Assembly: GCA_047495785.1 (NCBI GenBank)
Contig: JBLDXI010000003.1
Location: forward strand, 4,464,001-4,528,000
From: Lepidodermella squamata
Taxonomy: Eukaryota; Animalia; Gastrotricha
Reading direction: 5' to 3'
Length of the DNA: 64,000 nt
A model generated the notes under the pieces. The model worked only from the letters and a program-made list of their open reading frames with translations. It ran no database searches and was not told the DNA's origin. The position numbers and the translations under genes are program-made. Below, piece after piece: positions 24,101 to 38,477 of this stretch (position 1 is the stretch's first letter; each line of letters starts with the position of its first letter).

Positions 24101-27100
24101 ATGAGTTGTCCTTGCCGCCTGAGCATTTCGCGTGTCCAGTGCAGTACACTCATCGATTTCACCTTCACCCTTCTCTTCGGCTTGGTATGACTGCGCATCA
24201 TCTACTACACGGCCCGACTGGCAGACCGAATATACCAACGGCCGGTTTGTCTGATTCGTCAAGTGCGTCGATGACCACGCCAGCAGGGCGGGCCCTGATT
24301 GTTTTCAGGGGTTTCCTGCAAAATGTGGCCATCATGAACCGAAACGACGTATTCACGTATCGCCAAACGCGAGAGACCCCGCTCAGTGACTTGCTTTACT
24401 ATTTGGTTTTCACGAGTGGCCAAAGTGCTTTGGATGATCGGTCTGACACGGATTCTGTCATAACAGCGGCGTCGAGCGGAATCGAAATTTCTCTTGCTTC
24501 CTCGGTAATTCATCGCGATTTATCAACAACCCTCGCCACATCGCTATCGAGGTCGTCTTCCCGGTTGATGGCTATGGTTTCGCAAACAAGTTCTACTGAT
24601 ACGCACTCTACGCTACTCACGCAGTCTTCATCGCAATCGCAACACTTGGCCCAGTCTTACTGGCTCGACATGCACGTCCACGGCTTGGACCCGCCGCATT
24701 TGGGTGAGCTAGAAAAGCTGATTGCTGGACTGCAGCACGCGTTGGATAAAGCAGTTTTGCAAAATTTGCTGTCATCACTTCTGAAAAACCCGATGCATCG
24801 CTTGACACCGCCCGACGTTGACTTCATTCAACACTCGCAGAATCCAGCCCAGATATATTTCGCCTTGCCGTCTTTGGTAGCTCATAGCAGCCCGCAGACA
24901 TGGTTCGTATATTTCCGCCAAATTTTTCTGGCCGGCTACGCACATCTGCCGCACTTTTCACTCGTGCCGGGCGGGCACTTGTCTGCAAATGAAACGATGA
25001 CAGCTTGTCGGTTCCGCGATAATACTGTTTCGCCACCGAGCCCGCTGGATCCCAACAATACCCTACTTTTCTTTACGCGAATGGAATCGGCTCTTTCCGG
25101 CATTGCCTGCGTCAACATCTCGCTTGTCGGACCGAACAGTGAAATAACTACCAGCCCGGTTGATTGGTTGCAGATCCTTCGATCGTCATCGCCAGCTCAG
25201 ATTTTTGCTGAACAATTGAAAGGCTTCCGAAAGTCAGAAGTTCGGGCCGCAAATGACTGGTGTCTGCTAGTTCGAGTTTGGGAGCAAGGCACAGTGCTGT
25301 CCGATTTGATCATAGCAGTTGAACGATGCATTTCTTCAGCAATTGCGGACATGATTACAGAGGGCGTTCTTGCCATGTCCAGTCAGCGCCGAAATGCCGC
25401 TCCGTCGTCGCCTCCCGGTTCGATAGCTGTGGCGGAACCGCAAAATGAAGACATGGTTGCGACCTGGTTGCAACTAAAATCGTTCCTGGATTTTACCAAT
25501 AGCCAGCTAACACCTCCTGCTCCGCTGACCGTTCGTCGATTCGCTATTCCGTTGATGCGTATTCCATTTTGGCTCGACCAGGCGTGCCGCAGCCTGTCGC
25601 CCCCTTCATCGGCACTCTCTTCTTCAGGCAACGTTGCTGAGTTGAGCGGAGCTAGGCTATACAGAGGCACAGCTTCTAGCACTAATAAACCGAGATCGAG
25701 TTCATCGAGCGAGTTCGGCGCTGAAATCACTGGTAAATTTACACTGGTTGGTCTGAAAGACGCTACATCGACTACTAACAGCCACCGTAAACTGTCATCG
25801 AGTCGATGGCTGATTTTTTCTTCTAATCTACCGCAAGATTGGAAAAAGCACAATCCGTCACCACCCCCCGCAGTCGCGTCACGCCAGTGCTTCGCCATCA
25901 TCGATGTCACGCCGAATGGCGTTTCATCATGTATTGCGTCTTGTCTCCTCTACAACGTCATACCTAATAGGATCGATAACGTATTCAACGAGTTGGAGTC
26001 CACTGCCAAGCTGAGTGACTATCAGATTCGTTGCGGGACGGACGTTTCCCTGCAGAAAGCTGGCCTATTCTCGGCTCAGCACATCTGCACCGAGCGTCCG
26101 GGTGCCACGATTTTCGAGATGATGAATGTGCTGAGTGGAAAGCCTGAAATCATCAAACAAGTGACTAGCAAGTCGAGAAATCTGCCGTCGCAAAATCCGG
26201 CCGCGAAGCAAGAGCCGTGGATGCAGCTGCCCTACGGCCGCGTTGTGCTGCGCGATCAGGTCGCTTTGCCTTACAAACTGCCATCAAGCTCGACTTCCAA
26301 CAGCGGGCCCATCACGGATATGTTTCTTGACTTTTGCCGGCAGATTGCTTCGGCTGCTGAAAGTATTCACAGGAGACGCGAGGCAGTCATTTTTGCTGGC
26401 AAGATTGTGCAATCTTTGGAGAATCCAACAGAACCAGACTCAGTATCAAGCGTTGTCAGCCAGTTGCAGCTACAACAGCAGGCGCTTGGGCATTCCGGTC
26501 GCTTATTAACTTCATCGCATCATCACATTGCCACGGCAGCGAAGGCTGCCCGCCATCGTGGTATGCCTAATAAAATGGCTCGGCGGCCAAGCGGCCAGCG
26601 ATTGCAAGCCATTCGATCATCATCAGGTTCCATCGCCACTCTTGACTCCACGGCTATCAATATTCTGCGCCATTCCTCTCGACTTCAGCATTTCGTTTCC
26701 GCCCCTCTGGTGCTCAGTCCCCAGTGGAGAGCAGTGGCAATGGCCCGAGCGGCTTCTACGATATCTCCAGGTCAAACTAAGCCGCTCCAATCTCTACCAG
26801 TCGAAGAACTCGGTGTTTACACGTGGTTTCGCGATGAATATATTGCCTATATTCAGCGGTAAGCGTTACACTTTAATGCAACTCCAGCCTATTTACCATA
26901 TTTGCTATCTCAGGTCACTTTTTCTGTTTGAGCTTGTTGTCGTCAACTTGACTCAGCAATTTGCGAATCAGGGTTACCAGAACCCACCGGTTTTCCAGCC
27001 GCAAATGAGCAATGTCTCCGGTCAAATTCATCCTCAACACACGCAGCCAATGTTTTCATTCATGTCTACACCTGGCGGCCTGTTGCTCTTCCAATGCGAT

Positions 27101-28835
27101 TTGAGAGGAATCGACCTTCATCTGCGGTAATTTTTCCTTTATTTTTTACTTGATTCATTCCTTTATTCAAACCATTTATTGTAGGCTTTACACATGGGAA
27201 CGATACAGGGCTGCTCCAGCAGCGGCGGCTCGGTTTTCAGAGTTGATTGACCGATGCCGAACGATGACACATCTGCATTCGTTTTGCTACGACCAGCACG
27301 TTCGCATCGTTCAGTCGTGGATTTTGGACGGAACTTCTGTTCTGCCCTCGAGCTATGAACACGCCGCCATCTTGCGAGATTTGTGCACCGTGTATCGCCG
27401 CACGCCGCTGTTCGCCGCCTCCTTGGTAGCGTCAGGTCGCACGGACATACCCGGGCTCCGTTTCATGACCGTTCGCGAGCTGATCGAGCGCATGAGATCG
27501 GGTAGATTCGAACGCAGCGATAACGGCTTCGAGTTGACTGTTCGTGAGTTTTCGCAGCCTGTAAAAAGTCTTCAGCAGGACAACGAAACCGTCGTCGAAC
27601 TAATCCTAGCCGGGCGAGAACGCTCAGACAGTCTTGTCATTAGCACCACGCTGACCGCAACCATCAGACCTGTTGTCACTTACCCTGACAACGGTCCCCC
27701 AATCATGTCGGAAACAGACCTTGAGATTTTGTTCTCGGTTGCAACAACGACAAAGCGATGGAAAGAGCTGTTCCCGCTGGAACTTCGTGCTTTGAGTCTC
27801 GACGAAATCCGAGCAATTGATGGGCCGAAAAGTAAAACAATCAAGGATGAACTGAAGGCATTAGCATCCGCTGTGCCGCGTTACCGACCAGCGTCGTCGA
27901 ATGGCGATTACCTCATCTGCCTGACTGCTGCGGCTGCTCTTCGAACACTTGTGCTTGATTGTTACCGGCAAGGGCTAGCCGAATCCCAATGGCGCCGCAT
28001 CACGCATGCCGCTGATATGTTGACGCAGCCGGCTCTCACGCCCGGTACCTCGCGTACCACTGAAGTGCTGACTTGCGCTGACCTGCGCGCCCTTACGAAT
28101 GATGCATCATCGAACAGTGCCGCGGCGTTCATTTCCCGACGTAGCACGCCGGATCAGACGCCTCTTTCAGCAGAAGCCGTGGGTGTTTCAATGGGCTGCC
28201 AGGCCTTGCCTTTGTCGATTGTAGACTCACGGCTTGCCCGACTTCGTCTCGCATCGCCCACCCCAGCTCTTGCAAAGGCGTTGCGTCAGCGCTTCCCGCA
28301 CACTGTGTGGCTGCCTGGCCCGCCCTCGTTGGACGTGAGGCCGGAGTTCACCCTCATCATTCCGCAGGATAAAACTTGCGCTGTTGTAATCGCATGGCCA
28401 TGCTCGCCCGGTTCAACCAACGCCGCCGCTGCGACATCGGCTCCATCTTCGTCAATAAAGCAGCCCTTTTCAACGCCTGTTTCATCGTCAAAAGCTGGAT
28501 TATCTTCGATGACAACTACGCCCGAAATCGCCAGCTCCGGTAATGTGTCTACAACGTCGCCGCAGCCGATACAAGCTAGCTCGTCAGGGAAAAAGTCGGT
28601 GCTAGAGGCGGCTGAATTGTTTTTCCTTTCGCGGCACACAGCTGCGGCGCAATCAAATCTGCTGTCTGAAGCTTCAAAGCCGGGCTCTCCTTCTGATATG
28701 TGTATGCAAGCCCATCTTGGCCATTCTATCTATTCGAACCCGTCGCACCGAGTTTTCACCGAGTCCATCATCAGTTGTCTTGCTGCTGATTACATTCGAC
28801 ATTTATTGGAACGAGCCACGCCAGGAAAATATTGA
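18111..28835 (+). CDS. SZT2: KICSTOR subunit SZT2, multi-exon (5' start uncertain)
   Basis: FVVDLSPS, VAVFITDGV, PPLFLHCTCS, RRTNQQLLLREMH, FACPVQY, SRLQHF, THLHSFCYD blocks in SZT2 order; >3,000 aa total; short GT-AG introns bridge the ORFs. Confidence 0.85.
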
Positions 28836-29252
28836 TTGTTACTGTTTATTTTTTTGCTATGATGATGCGCTGGAAGAAAATTGCTATTTATCTTTTATCT
28901 TACTAGTTAGTTTTTTGTCGAATCAAAGCTGTCAACTTCAACTCGAGTGATGTAATGCGATGATAAGTAATAAATGAATTGGATTTTTCGTTGTTTAGTT
29001 GTGTTCATCATCATTTATAGGGTAGACAAAGGAACAGACGATTGCTGAAATTCCCGATATACGGCGAAACTGTAGAACTAAGATGACACTAAGATGACAC
29101 TGAAAAGGAGATGACACTATTGGTCCTCTTAAAACGTGTGCCGAAATCAATTCTGAGGACATTAGTGCGCTTAGTGCATAGGAAAAGTTTTTGGTTAAGA
29201 AGGTAACTCTTCCTATGACTATAAAACAATGGCCCCATTCAGACGAAGATAA

Positions 29253-29480
29253 TACCGTAATTTGGGGTGACTTTGGTGTGAATTTCAATCAACAAAATCT
29301 TCGCAAATTGACAAGCTGACCCCCTCAATATGGATGTCGCCGGAAAGCCAGTACCTAACGAGTAGAAACTGATAATGCAGTCAAAGTAGCTATCAGGTTC
29401 AAGCATGAATTGTAGTGGACAGGTAACGGACGTCAAAGTCACCCGAAACACATGTTAGATGCTGATGGGGTGACTTTGTA
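29253..29480. mobile_element. Partial element related to the 7726-8154 MITE
   Basis: Begins TACCGTAATTTGGGGTGACTTTGG; inverted CAAAGTCACCC at ~29433 and another GGGGTGACTTTG at ~29467. Confidence 0.5.
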
Positions 29481-31569
29481 CCACTCAAATATCGATTCCG
29501 TATAACGTAGAGACCCCATGAGTGGGAAACCGTTGGATTGCCTGTAAACAGTGGTTCAAAAATGAGATTCGATTTCGATTTCGATCGCATGGATTCCTTT
29601 GGTTAGTAACCCGAATTCTATCGGAAATCGAACTTTCAAAAACAAATTCCCCCTAACTTTACCTGTCATTTTTACCATGCACTCTAAAACTTTACACGGT
29701 TTTCGTTTTTCGGAAGCCGGGCTAAACCCGGGCAATGTTAGAAAAACTAGTCCGAGAACCGATACTCCGATACGCCGGTTTTCAGCCCGACTTAGCCTTT
29801 TCATTCAAGTTTAGTCGAACTCGGAAAACCTGGAACATGAACCGGAATGCGGCTGTAACCAGTGACTGGCCCCACTAAGTGGAGATTTCGCCTACCATTC
29901 GGCATATTTAGTGAAACAGCGAAAAATATTCAACAGAGTGATTTATTATCCTTTCTTTCATATGAACGAAGAACTCAGCCAAGTGTTGCACGATGGAATT
30001 GAAGATCCGCAAGAAACATTATTGCGACGCCACTGTCGCCCATTCTCATTCTCTCACTCGCGCTTGGTGTAACAAGTTTTTGTTCTAAAAGACCGCGGTT
30101 TTGTACACATTCCACACTTAATATCCCATAAACAACAAGCGATAATGAGCTATTCAGTAGAACAGACGCAATTGAACGAATATATTGATTATTGTAGAAG
30201 AGCTGTATAATTAGAAACGCTATTATCGATGGCTAAAATTTCATTCATGATCGAAAACATTGCAGCCAGCGAGCTAGAGCTTTCCGCTATCATTATCGTT
30301 ACAATTCTCGTCGAAGGAAGGGGCCGGAAGGGTTTGCGAATTCAAAATCACAACAATTTGGGATAAGATTCAGTCCGCACAATGAAACAAATGATTGTTC
30401 ACGTAGGCATAATAACGCATTATCAAATTAATTTATTACTATTTCTCACTGATTAATTACAGCATGATTTCAGTTAAGGCCCTCCAAGAAAATTCGACGC
30501 TTCTGCTATAACCGGCAAGTAGTTTTAGTAGTAGTGATCGCCATAATAATAACTGCGGACTTGATAAGAAGCTTAACACGGTAGAAGAGGCAGCAGGTAT
30601 CCTGTGAAAATGTTGCTCATTATTTATATAATAGTAAGCAATAATAGAAGCAATAAGTTAACAGATGAGTTGACGGCACGCGACGCAACGCTGATGTGAA
30701 TGAAGAACAAAGAAAGGGGAGGCCGTAGCTACAGCTAACAAGTGATGCGAATCAATAAGTTGAAGTAATGAGTGGAATTACGCGCGATGACGACGATGGT
30801 TACAATAACAATAATAATATCAACAAAAACAAACAAAACAAAAACCCAACCCGAATCAAATGGTTCGAAATTTCAATACAAAAAGCGAGATAGCAATAGA
30901 ACATATTAGTAGAAGTATAGTAGTAGTAGAGCAATAGGAGCAGTAGGAAACCAACGAATCACCACGACGACCTACCGTCGATCCGACGACGGCAGATCGA
31001 GGTGTGGTAAAGCTAATTCGTCGCGTTGTAATAATGAATTAAGATGGCAAAGTGAGATTGCACATGGCTCGAGCTACACACGCATCATCGTCATTTTTCG
31101 TCACTTAGGCACACAGGGAACGCGATAAGAGCATTTCGTTTGTTTTTCTTCTGTTATTTAGCGCGATAGAGGAACCGAACTAATGTTTTGTTTTTTTCAA
31201 GAACTATACACAAGGAGTGATTAAGGTAGTAGCCGTAATTACACAGGTGATGCACATAAGATAAGAACGCACAAAATGATTCGACAGATACATCATATAT
31301 TATATAAAATCATCATTGTTGTTATAAATGTAGAATATAATTTGCAAATCGATTTTCATGTGGATTTTATAGACTTTTCTGGTATACGCATCTATGATCC
31401 GAACACATTGATTCTTAGCAATAGTACGCAGTATTTTTCGCAGCATCTTCTTTCTCATATTTTAGTTGAATGAAAACACAATTATTATCATTATTATTAT
31501 TATGATCGTGAGCCGTTGGGCACATGAGTAAGAGGCCCACGGCGAGCTACCTTGACAACGTCGTTGTTA

Positions 31570-33391
31570 CTATCTAATTTGAGTGAGCAGATTAAGGCTT
31601 GACGAAGCTCCATTGGCCGCGCCCTGGTCTCGGGCGAAGACGGACCAGAAACGCAAGGTCTCATCGCCGGCTCCGGTGACGATTGACTCACCGTCGGGAG
31701 ACATCGACAAGTACAGCACGCGCTGAGTGTGTCCGGTCAATCGCGCCAGAGGCACCATGTGCGGATACCGCCAAACCAAGATTTGGTTGTGAGAATAGCC
31801 GTGGGTTGAAACAAGTTCAGAGGCGAAACGCGACCAAACTAGGTTGCAAACTTGGCTGCCAGTGTCTCGGCATGTCAGAGGCTGGCCGGTCAGGGTGTTC
31901 CAGAAACGAATACACCGATCAGCCGTTCCGCCACCACTGGCAAGGAGGCCGTACTCCAAGGGCGACCACGCAATTGCCTTGACAGCGGCCCGGTGGTGCT
32001 GAGTGAATGACAAGATGGGCTGTTGAGAGTGGCGACTCCACACGAACAAGCTGTTGTCATTGCCTCCCGAGGCGAGAAGCTGTTCGTCGGGCGACCATTG
32101 AAGACCGCAAACCTCTTGTTTGTGAGCAGACAACCGTCGAGTTGGCACTAAACCAGGTTCTCGCAGCACGTCCCGTTGCAAAATGACTCGATCCCGACTA
32201 CCGGTTGTCAACAAATCAGCAGACCATGCCATCGAGCCCACTCGGCCGCTGTGGCCGTCCAGGGTGGTGAGGAACCTGGGCGAACCTGCCGACATTTGAC
32301 AGTCCCAGACCTGCACACTCCCCGAGGCAGTACCAACTGCCAGATGACTGCCATCGCGACACCAGGCGACGGAGGTCACTTGGTTATTCTCTCGTTCTAG
32401 CTCCGTTAGTTTGACGACGGCGCCATTAGCAGCGTTCCAAAGGTAAACAGAAACGCCGAGGCCGACTGAAAGCATGTTACTTGGAGACCAGTCTACTAGA
32501 TTGAGATAAAAATCATCCTGCAGGTCGGGAGCATCCAACACTTTGTAGGCACTACGAGGAATTTTGCGTGTGGCTCTTCTCGGTGATTGGAGCAGTTTCT
32601 GGCTAGCAGGGGTGAGGGGGCACAATGAAAGAGCTTCGCGGCGTCGAAATGACGATGTCTCGTGGACGACCATTCGAAAATCTAGCAGATTTTCTGTCCT
32701 CCGAGGAGGCGATATCGACGACAAGAAAGGATTCGGTTGCGCTGACTGTTGACCAGAGGATGTGGCACTGGATGCAGCAGTTGCAGCGGCACCAGACACT
32801 GATGTGCCCGCATGAGCCATTACTGATGCGGTGGTAGCTGATGGGCCAGACGAGGCATGCGCTGCATGAGAGGAAGAACTGCTGGACGACGCTTGAGAGT
32901 TGGAATGACGCTGAGGTTGGCGATTTTCTTGATCAGCATGATTGCCCGAGATTGGCGATGGTGGGGGCAAGTCGGTGACTGTTTCAAAATTACCGTCCAT
33001 CAGCTCATTCATCAACAGTCCGCCAAGAAGCTGCTGACGTGTAGCATCTGCTTGATCGCCAAAAGTCAATCTTTCTTCGGCGGTTTTCGGCCTTTGAACA
33101 TACTGTAAGAAAGAACAAACACCATGAATAGGTATATATATATATAGATGCTTCGAAAAGCGTACTTGTTCTAGGTTAAAATTGAGCTGAACTTTGGCTG
33201 ACTCGCGAGTTGAAATGAAACGGTCTCCATATTTGTAGCGATTGACAGGCGAAAAAGTCGAAGCTTTTCGAGGGCTCTATCGAAATTTAAACGGGACATG
33301 ATGCATATAGCAGTTTTCAGTTGTAGAAATTTACCTCTTTCAGAGGCGAAGGGCTTAATTTACACAGCCGCCGCTCGAAAGCAGGATCCAT
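31570..33391 (-). CDS. FZR1: APC/C activator Fizzy-related/Cdh1
   Basis: C-box GDRFISTR in exon 2; SQKLLQSPRR..KIP..YKVLDAPDLQDDFYLNLVDW; WD40 repeats; C-terminal IR tail (LTQIR). Confidence 0.95.
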
Positions 33392-35029
33392 GCTGCTTTC
33401 TAGTAGTTTTCTAGTAAGGATTGAATGAAAAAGTGACCGCTTGCCAAACAATACGTAATTCCTAGCGAAAATAACAGTTACTAAATTCAGCAATTCCATA
33501 GAAGTCACAACAGTGAGATTACACGGGGATTATAACTGTTAAGATGAAACTTTCAGTGAAAAAGATTAAAATTCCAAAAAATATAAACCCCAGCCATGGA
33601 ACCGATGAGCTTTGCTCCAAAAACTGCATCTTGCCTCCCATTAGAAAAACATGACACATTTGATTCCATTTGATTCATCAGTATCAATTACATCGGTTGT
33701 TGGCCATTCATTGAGCAGATGATATTTTCCACCAAAAAATTAGGGTGTAGGGTGTAGATGGCTCCAGTCATCCACAACAATCGAAAAACGTGAAATTTAA
33801 GAGGCCAAGCGCAGGAAAACTGGTAACTGTAAATCCCTAAAAGCTGGACCCTGAATCTATCCCGTAATCTAATTACTATGTTACCGGGTTTTTGGAGCTC
33901 TGCCGATGAGGCACTTACACGCCATTATCAGCAAATGAAACGGACTGCCTCTTCGCGAACACTGAAACTTTCAACAAATTCTCAAACGTTCTATGTCACA
34001 ACCTCCAAGATGTTGAAGTTTACTAAATCCATCTCCCATCTGTGCGACGCCGAGTATTTTACGTAAATAACAAATGCAGCCCACAATAGACGGCAGCAAG
34101 TAGAATCATGGTGCCAGACATTCTTGTCCCCACCATCTCCGCAACTGGGAACTGGGAGGGGGTAGGGACTGGCAAATGATGGCTGACGGCTAACACCAGA
34201 ATCGCATCGACTTCAGAACCCTGGAGAACGATTGTATGATAATTATTTAACAACCAACAATCAATCGATGACAAATTAGAACAAGTAAGCGAATGCGCCT
34301 TGTGAACTCAAATATTGAACTTTACTTTCCACCGCAACACGCGAATTGAATTCCAATGGGCGAATAGCGACTATCGAATATAAGATTCCCGCACCTTTGA
34401 ATGGAGGGAAAATATACCATTTATCTTAATGGTACTGCAGTAGTTTTCGATGTAGCAAACAAGAAGCTGTCAACTAGGCACTAGGCCAATACAAGCATCA
34501 GGCATCGCATCAGTTGCACCGAAGACGTTCCACAAACTCGTAGGAAAGCCAAAACGAAGGAAACAAAACCGGCCAAAATGGCAGACAACTTTCGCAAATA
34601 AAAAATTAAGACTAAAAATACAACAATGTTTTACTTATAAATAGTTTTTATGAATATTATTGATAATAATGACAAGGGCTCGCCGCATTATAATTCGAGC
34701 AGCGGAGCGTGTCTCAACCTTGTCAACCGTGGTGACCAGCACAAACGGGTATCGATGTTACAGTTATTTCATTCAACTGGCTGACCTATTCTAGTTTTTG
34801 TCCGTCTGGCGACACGTCGAGATCAGTTTGGTAGACGGTATTGGTACCGACATGGCTTGGCTTCAATATCGGTGATTGAATATTAAATTTTCTGAGCCAC
34901 GAAGAAGTCTATATTCCGATGCCCCGAAGTCCGTCGCGCGACCGAGAGTCTTGCTCTGACGAAATAGAAACCGCCCGTAGCCCGACCCTTGCATCGCTGA
35001 ACAAGTCACCCAGCTTCACGTCAACACGC

Positions 35030-35940
35030 TGATCAAATCATCGATCAAGAAATTCTTCGCCGACGGTACGAAGCTGTATCATGCTATTCGCTGTCTCGCC
35101 GATTGCATCGAACTTCAGTCAGATCTCGATAAAATCATCAATTGGCTTGATTCACATGGTTTATCCATTATAGTCCGAAAAAATGCGTTGTTCTCCTCAG
35201 CCTTGGAAAGAACACATTTCCCTTTCAGTTCAAAGTGAACGATGTTGAGCTAAACGTTGTCGATTCAGTTAAAGATCTCGGAATTATCGTTGATCGTTGA
35301 ACACCTTACGTTCTCTGAGCACTGCAATGCGTTGTCTACACGTTGCCAAAGGATTAATGGCGTGATATGCAAATCATTCGCATCGAAGTCTCTCCGCTTA
35401 AAAGCGTACAAAACATACACTCTTTCACGGCTAGATTTTTGCCCTTCGGTCTACTCACCGTATCACTTAACAGACATCGATAAGCTGGAGGCTGGAGGCG
35501 CCTGTTGTATAGATGTGACTACTGTTCATCGATTGAAGGTGCCTCGTATTATGAAAGATGTAAAAAACTAGGAACTAGGACTGTGTCCTCTTGAAATTAT
35601 ACACTTTCAACAAGACCTTGCGCTATGCCACAAAATGTACCTAGGATGTGTGGATGCTAGCTTTTCGACATTCATCGAAATATCTTCAAATCCCCGTTTA
35701 CCAGCTCATGCTGTTGTGATGAAACGATTTGAACATCCGAGCTCTCAGTTCAGCTTCACAAGGCGTGTGCGTGCAGCTTGGAACCGGCTGCCCATAAGTA
35801 TTGTCAATAATTCTCATACTGCGTTTCTGCGATATCTTAAATCTAAACCGGATGAATTAGTATATTTTACGACCTCTGAGGTGAGGCGCCGAGAACTAAC
35901 CTATTGCAAGCTGTTGTGAAACAAAATGCATAATAAAATC
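35030..35940 (+). mobile_element. Degenerate 5'-truncated non-LTR retrotransposon (CR1/jockey-like RT remnant)
   Basis: FADGTKLY..LQSDLDKIINW, VKDLG, RLDFCPSVYSPY..DIDKLE, FTRRV..WNRLP spread over frameshifts; YADD-type motif degenerated; AATAAA near 35932. Confidence 0.8.
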
Positions 35941-36106
35941 AGGATCAGAAAAAAACCGTCCCTCTATGAACGCCAAAGCAAGCGGAGCCGAAGCACAACC
36001 AGCTTAATGTAATTACCAATGGGCTCAGGGCTCAGGCTGATGCTCCAAACGTAGTCCTGTGTCCGTCAACATATAGGTATACGTCACATGTTCAAATGGT
36101 TCTATA

Positions 36107-37437
36107 ATGGAAGCTATCAAGACGAAGTCGGCAGATTGGCAACAGCGCTCCAGGCTCCAGGACGACGTCGCTGAAATACAGGCACTTGTGCAGCCCTCAG
36201 CAGCACCGTCGCCTATTTCAAAGCCGAAAAGACAGCCAGCGCAGCAGCAGCAGCAGCAGCAACCACAAGCGACTAAAAAGCCTCTGGCTTAAAGCGCAAC
36301 TGGAGGTACGTCAATCGTCTAAAACTTTCGCTTCCTAAGCCCATCAGCCTGCATCAACTTCAAGCAGCCGGCTGCAATCATCATCATCATGTCATATGTC
36401 ATCAAGTAACAGACTGAACTAGTGCGGATGACTGCTGCGGGATGATGTGCGGGATGCATCCAGCAGTTCATCCCGCGCGTCCCAGTGCGGGACGCAAAGT
36501 TATATTTCCCATTCCAGTGTCTGCCTACCGGTGAATACCGTTTAGGCATCGTGAACATTCAGGGTTCATTCTCGGTTTGCAGGTACTTGCTGCACGGCCT
36601 GTCTCCACATCCGCATTACGAAGGCAACACGAAGCTCGAGGCCGACGGAGAGTTTTCCTGCGCGAAACCCCTGGCTCCGCGTATGCCGCCGACAGTCGCA
36701 TTCCCCGCCTACCTGCTTAAGATGTTGGTGAAAGGCATTGTCTATTCTTCGCCGATATTCGGGACAACGTTGAATCACTCGCCTCACTCAACACGCGAGT
36801 GTGAGGGGCATTCCCGCCCAATTGGAAAGACGTCATCATCTTACAATTGAATCCTTCTAAGCCCTATACAACGGTTGTGCACTCAGTGTATATACCGTCC
36901 CGAGATCTGGGAGCTATTCGCCGGTTGCGTGGACCTCCAGGACCATGCGCGCTGCGCCAAGAAGTGTCTAGGCCTTCCTCAACCGACGAAGCACGACCGT
37001 CTGCGCGACTTTAGCCTGCTGCCTCCAAAAGTGGCATACCCAGTAGCCTGCCTCCGCCACTATTTCCGAGTGAAAGAGGCCGACTCTGATAGCCTGCTGG
37101 AAAACGCCTATACGGCGATGGTGTGGATGGGCGACTCTACTCGGAACCTGGTATTTCGCGCTGATAAGCTACTAAGAGAAATTCATCGTTGCTCGCCTCG
37201 ACTACGCTTGTCCAACGTCAACGTCTACTGTGTGAAGATGTGAAGACTGTCGAATCTATTTCGGCTTACTACTCCTCTGACCATCCGTTCATCGGGCCAC
37301 ATAGGCCGAAAGATGCCGCAGAAATATACTTCAGCCAGCCGCCAATAACTTCTCAGTTGCCAAGCCTCTGCAGATCGGATGGCCCTATTCTGATATCACA
37401 GAAACTCACAATGAGAAATATTAAGAACAATACTTGA
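36107..37437 (+). pseudogene. Degraded coding remnant of unknown origin
   Basis: GC-rich, coding-like; ORFs 36485-36850 and 36875-37243 share a frame separated by one TGA; poly-CAG tract; no recognisable domain. Confidence 0.3.
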
Positions 37438-38477
37438 AGGCCAGCCGGTTGCAAGCTGCGCGAACGAGCCTTGTAAAACAGAACTGGAGCTTCAAATCGA
37501 TTCATTACAACAGTATGTGCTGGTAAACGGGGATTTGAAGATGTTTCGAAGAATTTCGAAAAGTTATAGCATCAACACAGCTTATTATCCTCGGTTATCC
37601 CTCTTTTGTTATCTTCGTATCAAAAGAGATTATGCTTTTTATCAAGATTTGCCAACGAAATCATTATAGAATTACAGAAAATCAGATTGAGGCACAGAGC
37701 CTAGTCGGCATGACCATAGAATAACGCCAAAATCCAGAGACATAAACGATTGAGCCATATTCTATCAAGATGTTTTCGCGAGCAATATCCTGTCTTCAAG
37801 GCGTTCCAGACCCTTCGACATCACTGCCTAGGCAGTAGCCCCTTATATATTGATTTCGACATGTAAAATCGATGCGGCTTGGTGCTTGTTCCTGGTTTGG
37901 ACAACATTGAAAGTTGAAAGGTTCAAATGATAGCCAGTTCAGGATCCCAGATGTGGAGGGCAAATAATAATTGGGACCTGTCGGGGGTGGTTTTCGGGGG
38001 TGGTCGCGGGCGTTTTTTTTGCTGTTTCAGCCGGTTCACAACTGACTCATTAGGTTTGAGACCACGAGTGTCTATACTCGTTATGTTCAGAATGTTACGC
38101 TCTACACAATGTTACGAATATTTTTCAGATATCTGAAATCGAATTCCCATTGAAATTACATCTGAATTTAGCATGCGGCAAACCATTATACATTTCCGAA
38201 ATTAAAATCAAAATATAAGAAAATTATGTTGATTTAGCTGATTTTGGCAAAACCTTATTTTTTAAGTAACTATTAATTAAACGATAAAGTGATAAAGTTT
38301 AATTTTTAGCAGTTGGCCCCCAGATGAGAAATGAGTGGGCGAACATCTTCACACCACTCCCTCGGCGATAATTGCGGTTACCTCTCCTCACAGTCTGTTA
38401 TCAGTTCTGTTATCCATGGAGTATGGGTTCCATTAGGATGCTAAGCGGCCTATCCTTGATGTCTCGTTTTCAACGCA

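Noticed and set aside
29940-31569. Long AT-rich low-complexity region with small ORFs
   Set aside because: Best explained as the FZR1 3' UTR and intergenic DNA.
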